A stretch of 63,065 nt of DNA, the filler included, from Hyphochytrium catenoides (Eukaryota > Protista > Hyphochytriomycota): assembly GCA_900088475.1 (NCBI GenBank). It is 4 parts of 4 records of this genome, joined end to end, with 100 filler letters (N's around TTAATTAATTAA, not from the genome) between each part and the next. Parts side by side here need not be neighbours in the genome. Positions count along the whole stretch, not along the records: positions 22,526 to 53,904 come from FLMG01002872.1; 3 more parts are not named here. One strand, given 5' to 3'. The position numbers were made by a program, and so were the translations under genes. The first letter of the stretch is position 1, and the number at the start of each line of letters is the position of its first letter. The notes beneath the pieces are model-generated. The model searched no databases and was not told the origin of the DNA. It was given only the letters and a program-made list of their open reading frames with translations. Positions 35,315 through 47,772 of this stretch are shown piece after piece.

Positions 35315-38300
35315 CGTCTTATTATAGGGTTGTTGTTTGGTATGATGAGGAGAGGTTTTGAAGGCTCCTAAGGATGACCGCCTGCGCCCTAGAGGCAAAA
35401 AGGATAAGTGGCGGTTCGATGTCAAGTGGAGCAATCAGGAAGAGAGATTGAGAAAGAGGAGGAGAGGTAGGAGAAGATGGCAACAATGTAGAGAAGAAGC
35501 CGCTGCCTTGTCTCCTCCTATGAACGGTGGATTGAGGAGACAACCTAACAGGAAACAGTGCAGCAGCTTCTGTCTCACCCCGCTCTCCGACTTTATCTCT
35601 CTCTTGAATTTCTGTTTTACGATCCTAGCAATGGCTGCTGTTGACTAACGAAGTAGACAAAGAGCCACAAGAGCTCCAGCGCTGACTCTCACTTAACAAG
35701 GCAGTGAAAGAACGTTAGCTCTGAAGTGCGGTTAGAAAAGAAGAGAGAGAAGAAAGGAAAGATCTGAGAAGAAAGAGCCAGTCACGTCAAGTGATTCTTC
35801 GGCTTTTGCGCTTGCTTACCGTTCCTCAGAGCCCTAGGAAACGCTTTCATGGTCCAATTCTGCCCTATGATGGTAGTGCCTACCTCCAGTCGAGCCACAC
35901 GCTACAAGCCAATAATAATGCCTGACAACAAACTTGCAACGAAAGGATTCGTCTCCTCTGACTTCCGTTTCTTTTTCTCTCTCTTCTTGTCTCTCTCTCT
36001 CTCTTCCCTGGTATGCTCTACCAGGGCCTCTGTTACCGGGTCTCGCTGCTCTACAAAAAAGAGGCAAGTGGTCAAAAGAGGAGAGCAGACGACCCAAACC
36101 TGCCTCTACTATGCACTACGACAAGAAGCCAGAGCCACGGATGAGCAGAACTCGTTCTACTCGTTTTTCCTAGTTAGTCCTGGTACTCTTCTAGCCATCC
36201 TGCTTGCTTCCTGGTTCCAGCTTGTCAGTATCTTCTGTTGTCTAAGGGTTAGGCTTGAACCAAGCTTTTCCTTCCACTCGTCTTTTCCTTCTTCAACCTT
36301 CACAAATCTTATACACCATCGCTTTTCTTCTGTTTGTTATTGTTCCTTCTCCGTCGCTTCTTCTTTCTTCTTTCCTGTCTCTGCTGTTGACCCCTTGGCG
36401 ACTGCATTGATGGCCACCTCCACCACCAGGGTAGAGGGCAGAGTTCGATGCCTTTGACTGCTGGACGGAAGAGTGGAAACGGTAAAACAAAGCAAGGCAC
36501 GGCGTACGGTAGACCACCAGTAGGCAGACTGTCTCCGCTGACTCTCTGCCTCACGTGCCTCACTCGGGGGTTAGCCACCAGCCACCGCCACGAGACAGAG
36601 TTTACTCTCTCTCCCTGAGGACAATTACTCTTTTCCGCTATCAAGCTCTTGCTTCTAGTGAAGTGCTACTTATGGCCTGTCGCGTATCTGCAGCCGGGGT
36701 TCTGCAAGAGGAAAGTCCGAAGTGGCCACCTTTGTGCTCTTTCAGAAATCTGTGGAACGAGTGACTCAAGGAAAAGAAGTCAGCGACCTAAGAAAGTCGA
36801 AGTTTCTCTCTTTCGCAAGCAGCAGCAGAGTTCAACGAGCAGCAACCTCTTCGTTAATGACAGAGTGCTGCGCCAGCTGCCAGCGATACCAGGGCACCAC
36901 TGTTATTTGATCGCCCCCGTACCCAGAGCCGACATCTTTCATCACTGTCATTACGAGTCGGTAGACGACGGAAGGCTGTGAAGAGGAAGGAACCAACGAA
37001 GCACATGCCAGCAGTAGAAGTTCCATAGTAGCAGCAATGTCTAAGATCCGAGTAGAACTGCCTGCTAATAAATAAAAAGATATATGACCGACAACCCCGA
37101 CCATCCAAAAACGTACATGGATAGAAGAAATAAGATCAAGCAGGGAAACGCATTGCGACGACGGCGTTAGATGGACAAGTTTAGGCGAAGACTCTGTTTC
37201 TTCCCTGCCCATCCGAGGCCATAGGAGATGGTTGATTCTTAGATGTACGAAGAGGAGTTCCTTTTCCCCTATTATTGTACAAAGCCAAGACATTTTCATG
37301 AACGATGACTGCCTCCGCCCAAAAGCCAGAGCGCATGTCGTCCAAAGCGGTTCCGGAGATGACACAGCCCAAAATATGACAGTAGTTCTATAGAACGATT
37401 GCTCGGAGTTAGTCAGTAGTCAGAGCGGAGGGAAGACCTATGCCCTACTCCTCCTGTCCGCTGAAAGAAAAATACTGTTCTTGCAGGTAGAACTAGTGGT
37501 CGGCGGTCGGCGATTGTAGACGAGTAGAAGCGCTGCTCTAGAGATTAGTTCTACGCGTTAGAACTACTCCGGAGTACATCTTAACGCTTGTGGCACGAAG
37601 TCACTACTTCAGCACCCTCATCATCCTCCCGTTCTTCTTCTTATTATGAGTCCACTGTTGTCGAACACTGCTCTCCTCCTCCAGCCATTAGAACATGGGG
37701 TTCTTCTGCTCTGGCTGGCAGGGTCCGTGTCCTCTCAGCCTGCCTGCTGTTGAAGGAAGGGAAAGGTAAGCATGGTCGAGGGTGGTGAGGAGGTGATGAA
37801 TGTACTGGTGCGACAGGCGGAGTGCACTCTTGGCGGGGAAGAAGATCACGGCCTCCTCGCTCCTCGCCAGGAGCTGTACCAGGGCAAGTAAGTAGCCATA
37901 AGTAAGTATAAGCGAAGTGAAGTAATTCCTACCAGCTAGCCCAGTATGGTACTTACTTCCAGAACTCGTCCTTTGCTTTGAAGGACATGTGCTTTGAAGG
38001 ACATGTCGTACAAGTACCTCAAGTATGTGCCTCACCTATTTAAATCCCATGCTGCCAGGGTATAAGTCCAACTCTACTTGAGGCCTTGCTTGTGGCCCGA
38101 AAGTAGAACGGTAGAGACTATTTAGTAGTTAAAAAGTAAGTAGGCAAACAGTAGAGCAGTTCTGTCTTACGGCATTCACTATTATTGGTCAAGGAAGAGG
38201 CGTTACTGACCGAATCTAGCAACCAATTGTCAGAAACTAAGTTGATGTCTTAGATGGAACATATAGAATTGGCCGAACTAAATCGAGGAACCCTAAAGTA

Positions 38301-40544
38301 CGATGATGCCAGCAGCCCATTGTTGACAAGCTTCTGATCTTCCTTTCCTGTCGATCGCATGCAGCAAGGACCAACGGACGGCATGACTGTTAGCGACCTA
38401 GCATCGTTCCTGACTCGATCAGAGAAGACTTCTTCTCAGTTTAAAAGCTATGGGATACCACGCCATCGTGCGGACGGGCCTCAAGAGGTGGTGTCACTTG
38501 GAGGCACTGTTGGCGCGAGTCCACGTTGATTGCCTGGAGGGACGGCTTGTGAAGTTTTATGTAGGTGAAGGATGTCCGCTTGATGCTGGTGGACTAGTGG
38601 GCCTCGAGAGCGTCCGTCTATGGCTTTACGTCTCCCTTCACACTTGTACTTCTTTGGCCATTCACAAAGAATGTACATCACAGTCTTAAAGTGCTTGCTT
38701 ACGTTCCCCGCGACTGTTGTTCAATCCTTTCCTCCCGTCTTCCAGCGTGTGGCTGTCGTGGCGTATTTTTCCTCTCCTTGCTTTATCCAATTTCACCGCT
38801 GTGGAACTTGGTTATGACTTTGTTTTTCCAATGAAGATAGAGGAGGGAAGAGATAGCAGGGACTTCTCTGCTCCCTTTCACCTGTTCCTTACTTTCAAAA
38901 CTTGGCTTCTGTCTTAGTCATAAGGGAAAAAAGAGTCATTCCGTAAGAGCAAGAGAGGCAAAAGGAGAGGTTGAGAGCATAAACCACAAGAGAGGTAAAG
39001 AAATAAATAGTCAGTAAGACATGAGCATAGCGAGAACAATAAAAGAGAGAAAGAACTGAGGAAGCGGAGGTGTGAGAGAGCAAGACAGAGGAATTAAATA
39101 TACAAAGATAGAGAAAGGCAGCGGCGAGAGGGAAAGAGAGAGAGAGAGAAGAGAGAGACGAAGAAAGAGAGAAAGAGAAGAGTGGCTATAGACTAGCGCG
39201 CTACGAATAGCTCTTAGCTATCTTAGAGAATATGTAGAAAAAATAAAGGGTTTATCCGTCACTGTAACGTATGGACGGAAGAAGACTTTTGGAGTTTCTG
39301 GTAAGAAGTGCAGAGAATGGCTGCAGGAGCGGGGTCCAAAGGAACGTTGGAGAGAGAGGACCAGGAGCGTCCAGATAAAGCCGACAGCCGCCTGTGCTAA
39401 AGACCCGGAAGAGGGCAACAAGACAGGCTTGGCCTAACATATATTTCATCCTTTGATAATACGTTCTTCCTCAAGCGGTCTATCTGGTCCACGGCCGGCA
39501 CTGTATCGTCACAAAGTAGTGATCAGTAGTGACAGCACCCAGCGGCAGCGACAGACAGCAATAGTCTCATCGCCACCGGCGCTTCTTTTTCTAAGGATAT
39601 TGCCTAGCCAATGCTTGAAATGTAGCACGCGGTCGGAAGGGCTGTCCATTTTGACTTCCTCAGAGGAGGTGAATGGAAGTCTACCATTAAGGAGCCGTAG
39701 GACCCTCGCACTCGACGGTCGATGGCCACGTAGTAGTGCAGCTGTCGACTTCAAGGGAGATAGAATCATTCCCAGCATCTCAGCGTCAAAGAGAAGGGGG
39801 CCATACCTCTTCGTCTTTATTACACAGTGCCTACGGCATCCTCAATGCTGAATCTGTCGCAGTGGAATTCCCTTTCCCTACCTCAGGAAGGGGTCCCATC
39901 CATTTCCTTCACTCCTCTCCCCACCTTAGCAGTAAACGTCTCTTACCAGCTCTGGGTAACCGACCTGAATGAGTCAGATGTACAAGCAGGAGGGGCACAA
40001 CCCTATAACATGCGATGGAACTGACTAGAAGGAGTGAGCAAGAGGGGAGATATTTTCTTGCTTAGGGCAGAGCGGAGTGTAAAGAGTTAGCGAGAAAGAC
40101 GCAGTAGTGAAAGCTTGCGTACGGAGACGTAATAGACGGCTAACCTTAGGACAAAGGAGAAGATACTCTAGAAACGATGAGAGCGTGAGACACATGAAAG
40201 AGCTCATACCAAGCAAGAGAGCTGGACGAAAAGATTTGGTGAATGTCTGGATGGCCGGTGCTTTATGGCCAGGAGGGTGCAAGTGGAAGGAAGTCGCAAA
40301 GCTCTCAAGATGGAATAGATATTTTATGTCCAAGACCAGGAACAAAGATGTACTGTCCACGGCAGAAGCACTGACATCATGACAGAGATCCTGCCGCCGA
40401 TTTCCACGTCCATCTCTCCGCTTCCATTCCTCCCGTGTCTTTCAAAACTGTCGCTGTCTCTTCTCTAACTATTTGATTGAAATCGTCGCATAGAGGACAC
40501 CTTGGAGGATAGAGCTACTTTCCCTTTTGTGTCCTATTCTCTTC

Positions 40545-41624
40545 TCACAGAAGAGAGATCTGCCTATCACAATCTTCAGGAAGCTCCCACGTAACGGCCC
40601 TCGTCTCTGCATTCCAATAGTAAGTCCTACCCCGTTGATCCAGCGCCTCTACCCATTTGCCCTCCCATACCACGCCAGGGCCATGGTAATCCGGATATTT
40701 GGCAGCGTTCCCACCTGGCGGAGGAGGCTCCCCAAAGATAAAGTCTCCAATCATCACATCCTCCACCGGTAGAGCCCTGAGAGCGCCCAGTTCTCTATGA
40801 ACATACTTTGCTACCGCTGTAAGACTTTTGGCTAGAGCTGCCTGTTGTTTGCCCGTAAGTGGCGTATTTCTCCCTTCCTCGTCCATCAGGAAGACGTGCT
40901 TCCTCACCGCCTCAATAAGAGCGTCAAGGCCCTGCTCTAGTCCTTGATCTAAGGCCATACAGGCTGTGAAAGAGACTTTCTGCACATCTCGGAGGTGCTT
41001 GTTCACTGTGATCTCTGGGACGCCTAGCGCCCGAATGCGGACTTGAACCTCATCCCAGAGCCTGTCAAACAGAGCTTCATCCATCTGGCGGCCATCTTCT
41101 CCCTCCTCTACCAGTCGGCGGTGGACTAACCAGATGTGCAGCATGAGTACCGCATGTTGGCTCAAGAAACGCGGCTCTATCGCAAGATTCTCAAAGAACT
41201 CTCTTCTGGCTGCGTGCTGCGCACAAGCATTTAGCAGGACCCGAGAGTGACGGATTCGCGCGGTCTCTCCTCGATAGTATCCCATGAGACGGAGGAGCCA
41301 GTTCCACCTCTCTTGTCTGACGTCTGCCCGAGTGGCGCTGATCGGGCGGATGTTCTGCCCATAAGTGCGTGGGGCAGGGATAGGCGTTCTGTATATCTCT
41401 GGGATCTTTCTGGACTTCTTCTCTCCTTCATAAGGAGCTGCTTTAGAGGAGAATTGGTGTTGGCTGACGTAGGGCAGAGGACGAGAGGGCCCTCCTTTGT
41501 GGCTGGTGTCCACACAGGACAGAAGAGAAGCAAACTGTCTGTGTTGCCAAGGTCTTAGGGGTTTTAGGAGCTGCAATGTGACTGAGTTGACTCTCAGCGC
41601 GGCGCTCCCTAGTCTCTGCATCAT
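40545..41624 (-). CDS. CBP3: Cbp3/UQCC1 ubiquinol-cytochrome c reductase chaperone with a C-terminal WW domain (intronless)
   Basis: Basic mitochondrial-presequence-like N-terminus; FLSQHAVLMLHIWLVHRRL...LFDRLWDEVQVRIRALGV..VNKHL motif; C-terminal WVEALDQRGRTYYWNAETRAVTWELP. Confidence 0.88.
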   Translation of the reverse strand: MMQRLGSAALRVNSVTLQLLKPLRPWQHRQFASLLSCVDTSHKGGPSRPLPYVSQHQFSSKAAPYEGEKKSRKIPEIYRTPIPAPRTYGQNIRPISATRADVRQERWNWLLRLMGYYRGETARIRHSRVLLNACAQHAARREFFENLAIEPRFLSQHAVLMLHIWLVHRRLVEEGEDGRQMDEALFDRLWDEVQVRIRALGVPEITVNKHLRDVQKVSFTACMALDQGLEQGLDALIEAVRKHVFLMDEEGRNTPLTGKQQAALAKSLTAVAKYVHRELGALRALPVEDVMIGDFIFGEPPPPGGNAAKYPDYHGPGVVWEGKWVEALDQRGRTYYWNAETRAVTWELPEDCDRQISLL

Positions 41625-42296
41625 CTCAGCCTAGACTCTTCCTCATTCAGCAGTATCTTCGCTAAGGCTCCTTCCGTGTTGCCGTAGAACCTAGTCAGTG
41701 AAGAGCTCGATCGACACAAGCAACGACCTCTCTCCAGCAAGACGTGAACTAAAAATTGGTGAGGCAGAAGGAAATGCTTCAACCTCTACTCTCAAAGTCC
41801 TCTGCAGGCCTCCCTAATGACGTGGGACGACGTGCCCATGCTCTTCTCTACCTATCACCTTCAGCTCTATGATCGTCAGAAGGAAGACCAGCACTCTAGG
41901 GCGCTACCAGGGCATCAGACGAAGGACTCATCGTTCTCATTCTTTCTCTCTCTCTCTCTCTNNNNNNNNNNNNNNNNNNNNNNNNNNNNNNNNNNNNNNT
42001 CTCTCTCTCCTCTCTCTCTCTCTGTTTCTTCCCTCTGTCTCTTCTTCTGCTCTTCAGACTCTCTTTGTAAGCTGACTGGATGGTCCCCACCTTCCCACCA
42101 TCTCATGTCAAATTCGGTCAGAAGCAATTAGCCGTAAATAACTAGAGTGGTAGCCAATTTGCTTTGTTTTATTGTAACGTTTTCCCTCCATTGCATGTAG
42201 ACCCAAAGCTACGCTTATGGAATCCCTAATTAAGATTCATAAGTCCGCTTGTTTATTTTCGGCGGTCCGATAAACCTTAGAGAGCCTCTAACGGCG

Positions 42297-42301
<5 letters not shown>

Positions 42302-42358
<57 letters not shown>
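42302..42358. repeat. (CTG)n/(CAG)n trinucleotide microsatellite (15 units, CTA, 3 units)
   Basis: Directly visible. Confidence 0.95.
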
Positions 42359-42359
<1 letters not shown>

Positions 42360-42489
42360 CACCGTTGGTCTCTCGTTGTACGTGCCATGGCAGATTGTTA
42401 TCGTGGTCACTTTCTGCTGGCGCTTCGCCTTCTGGAGTCCCTTCCATCGGACCCCTATGCAGTCACTTTAGGGGTGTATCCGCGTGTTC

Positions 42490-42822
42490 ATGGGTCATGT
42501 GAATGCGAATACGGGTTCGGGAAGGGGCTCCGCTCCATCTGTGGTCGTCGAGTCGCGGATGATGATCTTAATGCAAGACTCTTCAACTAAAGCTGTAAGG
42601 ACAGGATTGCTTCTTCTTAGACGTCAAATGACCTGGGGCGGAGGGGAACCCGGTGCTTATTGCAGTCTAGTAGCGCTGGGGAACATGGGTGGTGGTTAAT
42701 CCATTGCAAGATTCGGAGCAATGACGACGAGCCGCGGGATAGTAGAGGTTTGGCTGTTATAGAGTTTATCGTCTATTCCGGGCAGCAGAATAAATATTAT
42801 CTCCATTACGAGGGCATTCTAG
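42490..42822 (+). pseudogene. Possible decayed MIF/tautomerase-like sequence
   Basis: QMTWGGGEPGAYCSLVALGNMGG* followed in frame by LSSIPGSRINI; in-frame stops and no N-terminal catalytic Pro. Confidence 0.3.
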
Positions 42823-44063
42823 TAGCGGTTAGTTAGCGTTCGTAGCGACAAGCGCGGATATTTCAAGGACAAAGGAGGAGGAGGAGTATTCATCTATCGA
42901 CAACGGACGGACCTGAAGACCCAAACACAGAAGAAGGCGCAGGTTTGGTTTGATTGATAGCAAAAGACATGTGGGGCTCATGGATAAGGTGGAGGTTCCT
43001 CCTTCCATCCTTCGGTGGGTCATATCACCCGACGAAGAAGGAAGCTGCCCAGGTTCGAAACATACTCGACTATTTGAAAGGATGGAATGAGATTCCCTCC
43101 TTGCTTCATTATGAGATGATCGTGGCTAACGACGGTCCCAAGAGTGTTATGATCCAATATGAAAGGGGCCCACACGGAATGGCCAACCTTCAGGGGTGGC
43201 GTCCCGTCTGACCTGCAGTACGCGATGCTGAAGCGTATGGTGGATATGGTGCGGTCGCTGCCCTGTATAATAGAGAGGAATAGCCAACATGAAGCCTGGG
43301 CGGCGGACAACAAGCAGCAATAGTTCTTCATCACTGGCGCTTAGGCTCGTTAAAGAGCTAGTGATAGTAGTGATAGGGTAAACTACTTTTGAATGATGAA
43401 ATAGAGAGGACGGAGCAGGAGGACGCTTTCACTCTTCTAGTCCTTGCCGCGCCCCAACCGGCACTACCGCGTGGTTCTGGTGAAAAGAAGAACCGGCATT
43501 CTCGGGAGTTCTGACATCTGTGCACATTGCAGCCAAGTGCTGTAGCTGAAGCTGGTGTCTCCCTCCTGACCAAGAACAGAGTGAAATCGATCATCTGGAA
43601 GCTTTAGGATGCTCGTTCACATTGTGCGAAAGTCAAGAGACAGGGCCTAGTACGAGTCGTGCCATTACTCACAGAACCCTCTTGCAAATTCCTTCCTGCT
43701 TTGCAACCACATCGACAAAGTGACGCCTCAGTACGACTTTGCACAGCTCCCAATCGCCCATAACTTTCCTTTCATCGGGGTGGTTCCCTCTCCTCCGTAC
43801 CCCTATTCTTGTTGTCATCGCAAGTTAAGAACCTATCACGCGACCATGTTGTCCATCCGCTTTGGCCGAATGAAGGACCACAAGACGAGCCCAGCAGGGA
43901 AAGAGAGTAATAGGGAGCAAAAGTGCCAAAGGCGCAGAGCAAGACCAAAAGAGACGGAGAGAGACCGAAAGGCACAGAGAGAAAGAAGAAGAAAGCAGCG
44001 GCAGCTTGTGAGTCTAGCAGTGCACTTAACTTAATCCAGGTACCCTCCCCTCCGTCTCCTCCC

Positions 44064-44811
44064 ATGTTCAGAATAATAAACTATGATATACCCAATAACC
44101 TGCAATCCTGGAGATTTCATCCCGAATCAGAATATGGCCGTTACAAGATTGGTAAGATCCAGGCCAACAGCATCATTGTTAGCGTGCCACTTCATCCTCT
44201 GCTCTCATCCAAACCTGACACACCTACTCTCCCTCCCTCTCTCTTTCTCTCTTCTCTCTCTCCCCCTTCTCTCTCCGTCTCTCTCTTCTCTCTCTCCTCT
44301 CTTTATGGCTCTTCTTTCTTGCTTGGCTCGTCTTGCCTCTTCCCCTGGCCCCTGCCCCCAGACTCTCTTTTTTATTTTAGCTGCGGTCCAGTTACCTTAG
44401 CTGTCTCCTCTTCTCCTTCTTCTGGTGCTTAGGCCTCGCCTTCTCTCTCTGCTCTCTCTTTCTCTCTCTCATGTCGCTTGCTTTCACTGGCCCTAAGATG
44501 GCTTTGCACCGGATTCCTTGTGGAAGTGGCCGGTAACAGAGTCAAATCACCCTTCTCTCTCTTCTCTTCTTCCTGCCATACTTCGGGCCCCTGCTCCGCT
44601 TGTCTCTCTCTCCTGCTTAGATACTCTATCACTACTGCCCGGCTTTGCTCGCACCTCTCGATACCCTCTTCGGTCGTACCTCTCCTTCCTCTTCTTGCTA
44701 GCCCTGACATCAAAAAGCCCCCGCCCTGTCGACGAGCGGTGCCGCTGGATGAAAAGAAATTCCCAAGCTTTGAGAAGAAAAGCTTTTGAAGGCAGCAACT
44801 GCAAGGATTGA
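44064..44811 (+). CDS. Small hypothetical multi-exon protein (start uncertain)
   Basis: Phase-consistent exons ..44151, 44498-~44532, 44621-~44672, 44702-44811 give ...WRFHPESEYGRYKI DGFAPDSLWKWP ILYHYCPALLAPLDTLF ALTSKSPRPVDERCRWMKRN..KD*; intervening sequence is CT-rich like other introns. Confidence 0.4.
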
Positions 44812-45119
44812 TCGACACCCGCTCTTTCCCCTCTCTCTCTCTCTCTTGCTTTCTCTCTCTCTCTCTCTGTCTTTCGCTCTCTCTTTTTTCCTTTCTCTCT
44901 CTCTATCTCCCATTCTCAGATATTCCATAGGCCCATCATTCTGGCCAGTCTTTTTCTCTTGACCAGGGACAAGGAACTCTCTTCCCCCTTGCAGTTCTCT
45001 CCGGCAGCAATCCTTGCTCTTTCCTTCTTTTGGGCGGTTCAATTCCCCCTTTGTGTTGCTCTTCTTTCGCTCTGTCAGTGAGCTGGGTACTCTTTCTGTC
45101 CTCATTCTCCACCTTCACA

Positions 45120-45448
45120 ATGTCTCGTGGTCGTCACATCGTCGCTGCTATGATGGCAGAGATAGAGGATGATGGAGACACACTCCCTCGCTCAGCATCT
45201 CCTAAGAAGCCTCTCCCGCCGCCGAGTGATAACTCTTCCGGGAGCGCCAGCAGTAAAGGGTTAGCTATATAAACAGCCGCTGCATCCTGTGTCTTCTCTC
45301 CTCTCATTCTCTCTTCAGGGCATGAGACTCTTTCATTCTCTTGGCGCCGTTCCTTTATTGTCCTCCATTGGTTGTGAGGTCTCTCTGCTTCTCTCTTTCT
45401 TTCTCTCTCTTTTCGTTTCCCTTTTCTGACTCGAACTCTCACTCTCCG

Positions 45449-45494
<46 letters not shown>

Positions 45495-46096
45495 CTACCC
45501 CCTATGCTCTCTCTTTCTCACTCTCTTTCTCTCCCTGCGCGCGTGTCTCTCTGTCTCTCTCTCATCTATGGTCTTGCATCCTGCTAGCTCTAGCCGTAAG
45601 GGCACTAAGGACGAGGACGATGCAAAGACATCTCCCAAAGCCCGGTCCTCCAAGGCTTTAGCCCCTGAAGAAGAGGTACGAAGAGAAGAGTTTCCTGCTG
45701 CAGAGAGCAAGCGACAGGTGTCGCCAAGGTAACAGCTTACGCTTGGCCTTCAATCCACAAACTGCTGTCTCCTTGCCTACTCATCTCTTTCCAGAGCATC
45801 TTCTTATCTCTCTTGAGCCATTTCGTCTCTCGTGGTCTCTCCTTCGATTCTCATTATCTTATTTTGATTGCTGAGGATCCTATCTTGTCCTCTCTTTCTC
45901 GAGCTTTCAGTGATCTGCTCTTCTCTGGCGCTTCTACCTGTCCCTTTGCCGTCTATGTCCCACTCAATCTCTCTCTCCCCCGTTTCTCTCTCTTCTCTGC
46001 CCCTCTCTATCTCTCTCCGTTTCTCTCTCGTCCCCTCATCTATCTCTCTTCGTTTCTCTCTCTTCCTCCTCCTCCTCCTCCTCCTCTCTGTCTCTG

Positions 46097-46129
<33 letters not shown>

Positions 46130-47467
46130 TTCTCCCTCTCTTTCTCCCTCTCTTTCTCTCTCTTACCTTTTGGCTTTCTCTTGTACAAATGTTTATCGCT
46201 TCAGGGAGACGAGCAAGCCAGCCAAGCAAATGACAAAGAAAGAAGAGGCTGAGTCTGACGACTCATCCGACGAAGAGAGGGAATGGAGAGGAAGAGGCTC
46301 TACGGTGAGAGTTAATAAGAGCGAGAACTGGCGGGTGACGCCTCCTTCTCCCTCCAGAGGTCCCTCAGAGTTTGAGGTCCTACGGCAGCTTGCTTTGAGG
46401 CCAGTCAAGCAAGGAGAGACTATGGAGGTGCGTCCATGAGGGCTGTCATTTGCCTGTGCCAGAAAGAGAGAGAAGAGCCCGCGTGAGAGAGAGAGAGAGA
46501 AAGAAAGAGAGAAAGGAACGTGAGAGCAAGGAGAGAGAGCTTAGGCTAACTTTTCAACCAGCGGTGGGATAATCAAATGGAGGGAGAGCGGATCTCCTCG
46601 CTGCCACTGAAAAGTATGCGGTGCTTCCTGTTGCACCACATGCTCTCTCTCTCTCTCTCTCGCTTACCCTTTCTCTTTCTTTCTCTTTCCCTTTTCCTCT
46701 CTCTCTTTTTCTTTTCTTTCTCTCTCTCTCTCTCTCCGTCTCTGTCTCTCTTTCTTTGGCTATCTCTTCTCCCCCTGTCCCTTTTCCTGGCTTTGCTCTT
46801 TCAATTTCCAGCTCTTCGTGCGGCGAGAAAGGGAGGGACTATCAGGAAATATGGTCTATCGACTCTACCTTCAGGCAACTGGCAAGTTCCTCCTTCATGG
46901 CAAGGTTAGAGCTTTCTCTGATCCTTTGCAAAGCTCTTCAGTCCACTAAATATCTCTTCTTGTTTCTTCTTTGATTATCTCTGTTTTTGAGTTATCTCTC
47001 TCTCCCTCTCCAGTCGATCTTCCCTGCATTTTCTTCTCTCTCGCTCTCCAACTCTCTCTCTCGCTCTCTCGCTCTCTATTATTGGCCTCTCTCTTCTTGT
47101 CTTCTTCTGGACACGACTGAGTCGTTCTCTTTGACAGAAGCAGAGAGGAAGCGCGACCTCGAACTTTTTGCTCTGTCTGCATGAGAATCCCGCAGATAAA
47201 AGGAGAGATATTGTGGCCGGAAAGATGAGGTCAAACTGGGTAAGGATCAAGAAGGGAAATAACAGACTCACACCTCTCTCAGAGTGGGAGACAACGAGAG
47301 AGAGAGAGAGAGAGAGAATGAGAAAGAGAGATTGCAAAAGGACAGAGAGCTAGAAAGGCCAAGAGAGGCGAGAAAGTAGCTAGTGCGGTTTCATCCATAT
47401 TTACCCTCTCGCTCCCTTTCTGGTCAGAGCTAATCTCTCTCCCTCTGTCTCTCTATCTTTTTCTTCT

Positions 47468-47498
<31 letters not shown>

Positions 47499-47736
47499 CC
47501 TCTCTCACATACACACACACTCACACAGTCCGGCGAGAACTACATTTTGTATGACAACGGCATGAATCCTGCTCGGACGGAGGTAGAGACGAGTGTCAGG
47601 AAACAGTTAGGGCTTATCCAGTTCAAATATGACGACATGGGCCCGGGGCAGCTCACGGTAAGCATATGGCGGGCAAGCGGGAAGACAAAGGGAGAGTTGG
47701 GCATAGATAATGAGAACAGATAGAGAAAAAGAGAGA

Positions 47737-47772
<36 letters not shown>

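Noticed and set aside
34691-35371. 226-aa antisense ORF
   Set aside because: Shadow of the codon-biased flavoenzyme gene on the opposite strand
42249-42590. Poly-cysteine ORF (metallothionein-like)
   Set aside because: Just the (CTG)n microsatellite read in one frame; no supporting gene structure
46876-46905. Apparent GC-AG intron donor in the Tubby-like gene
   Set aside because: Reading on gives the conserved ATGKFLLHGK and a canonical GT donor
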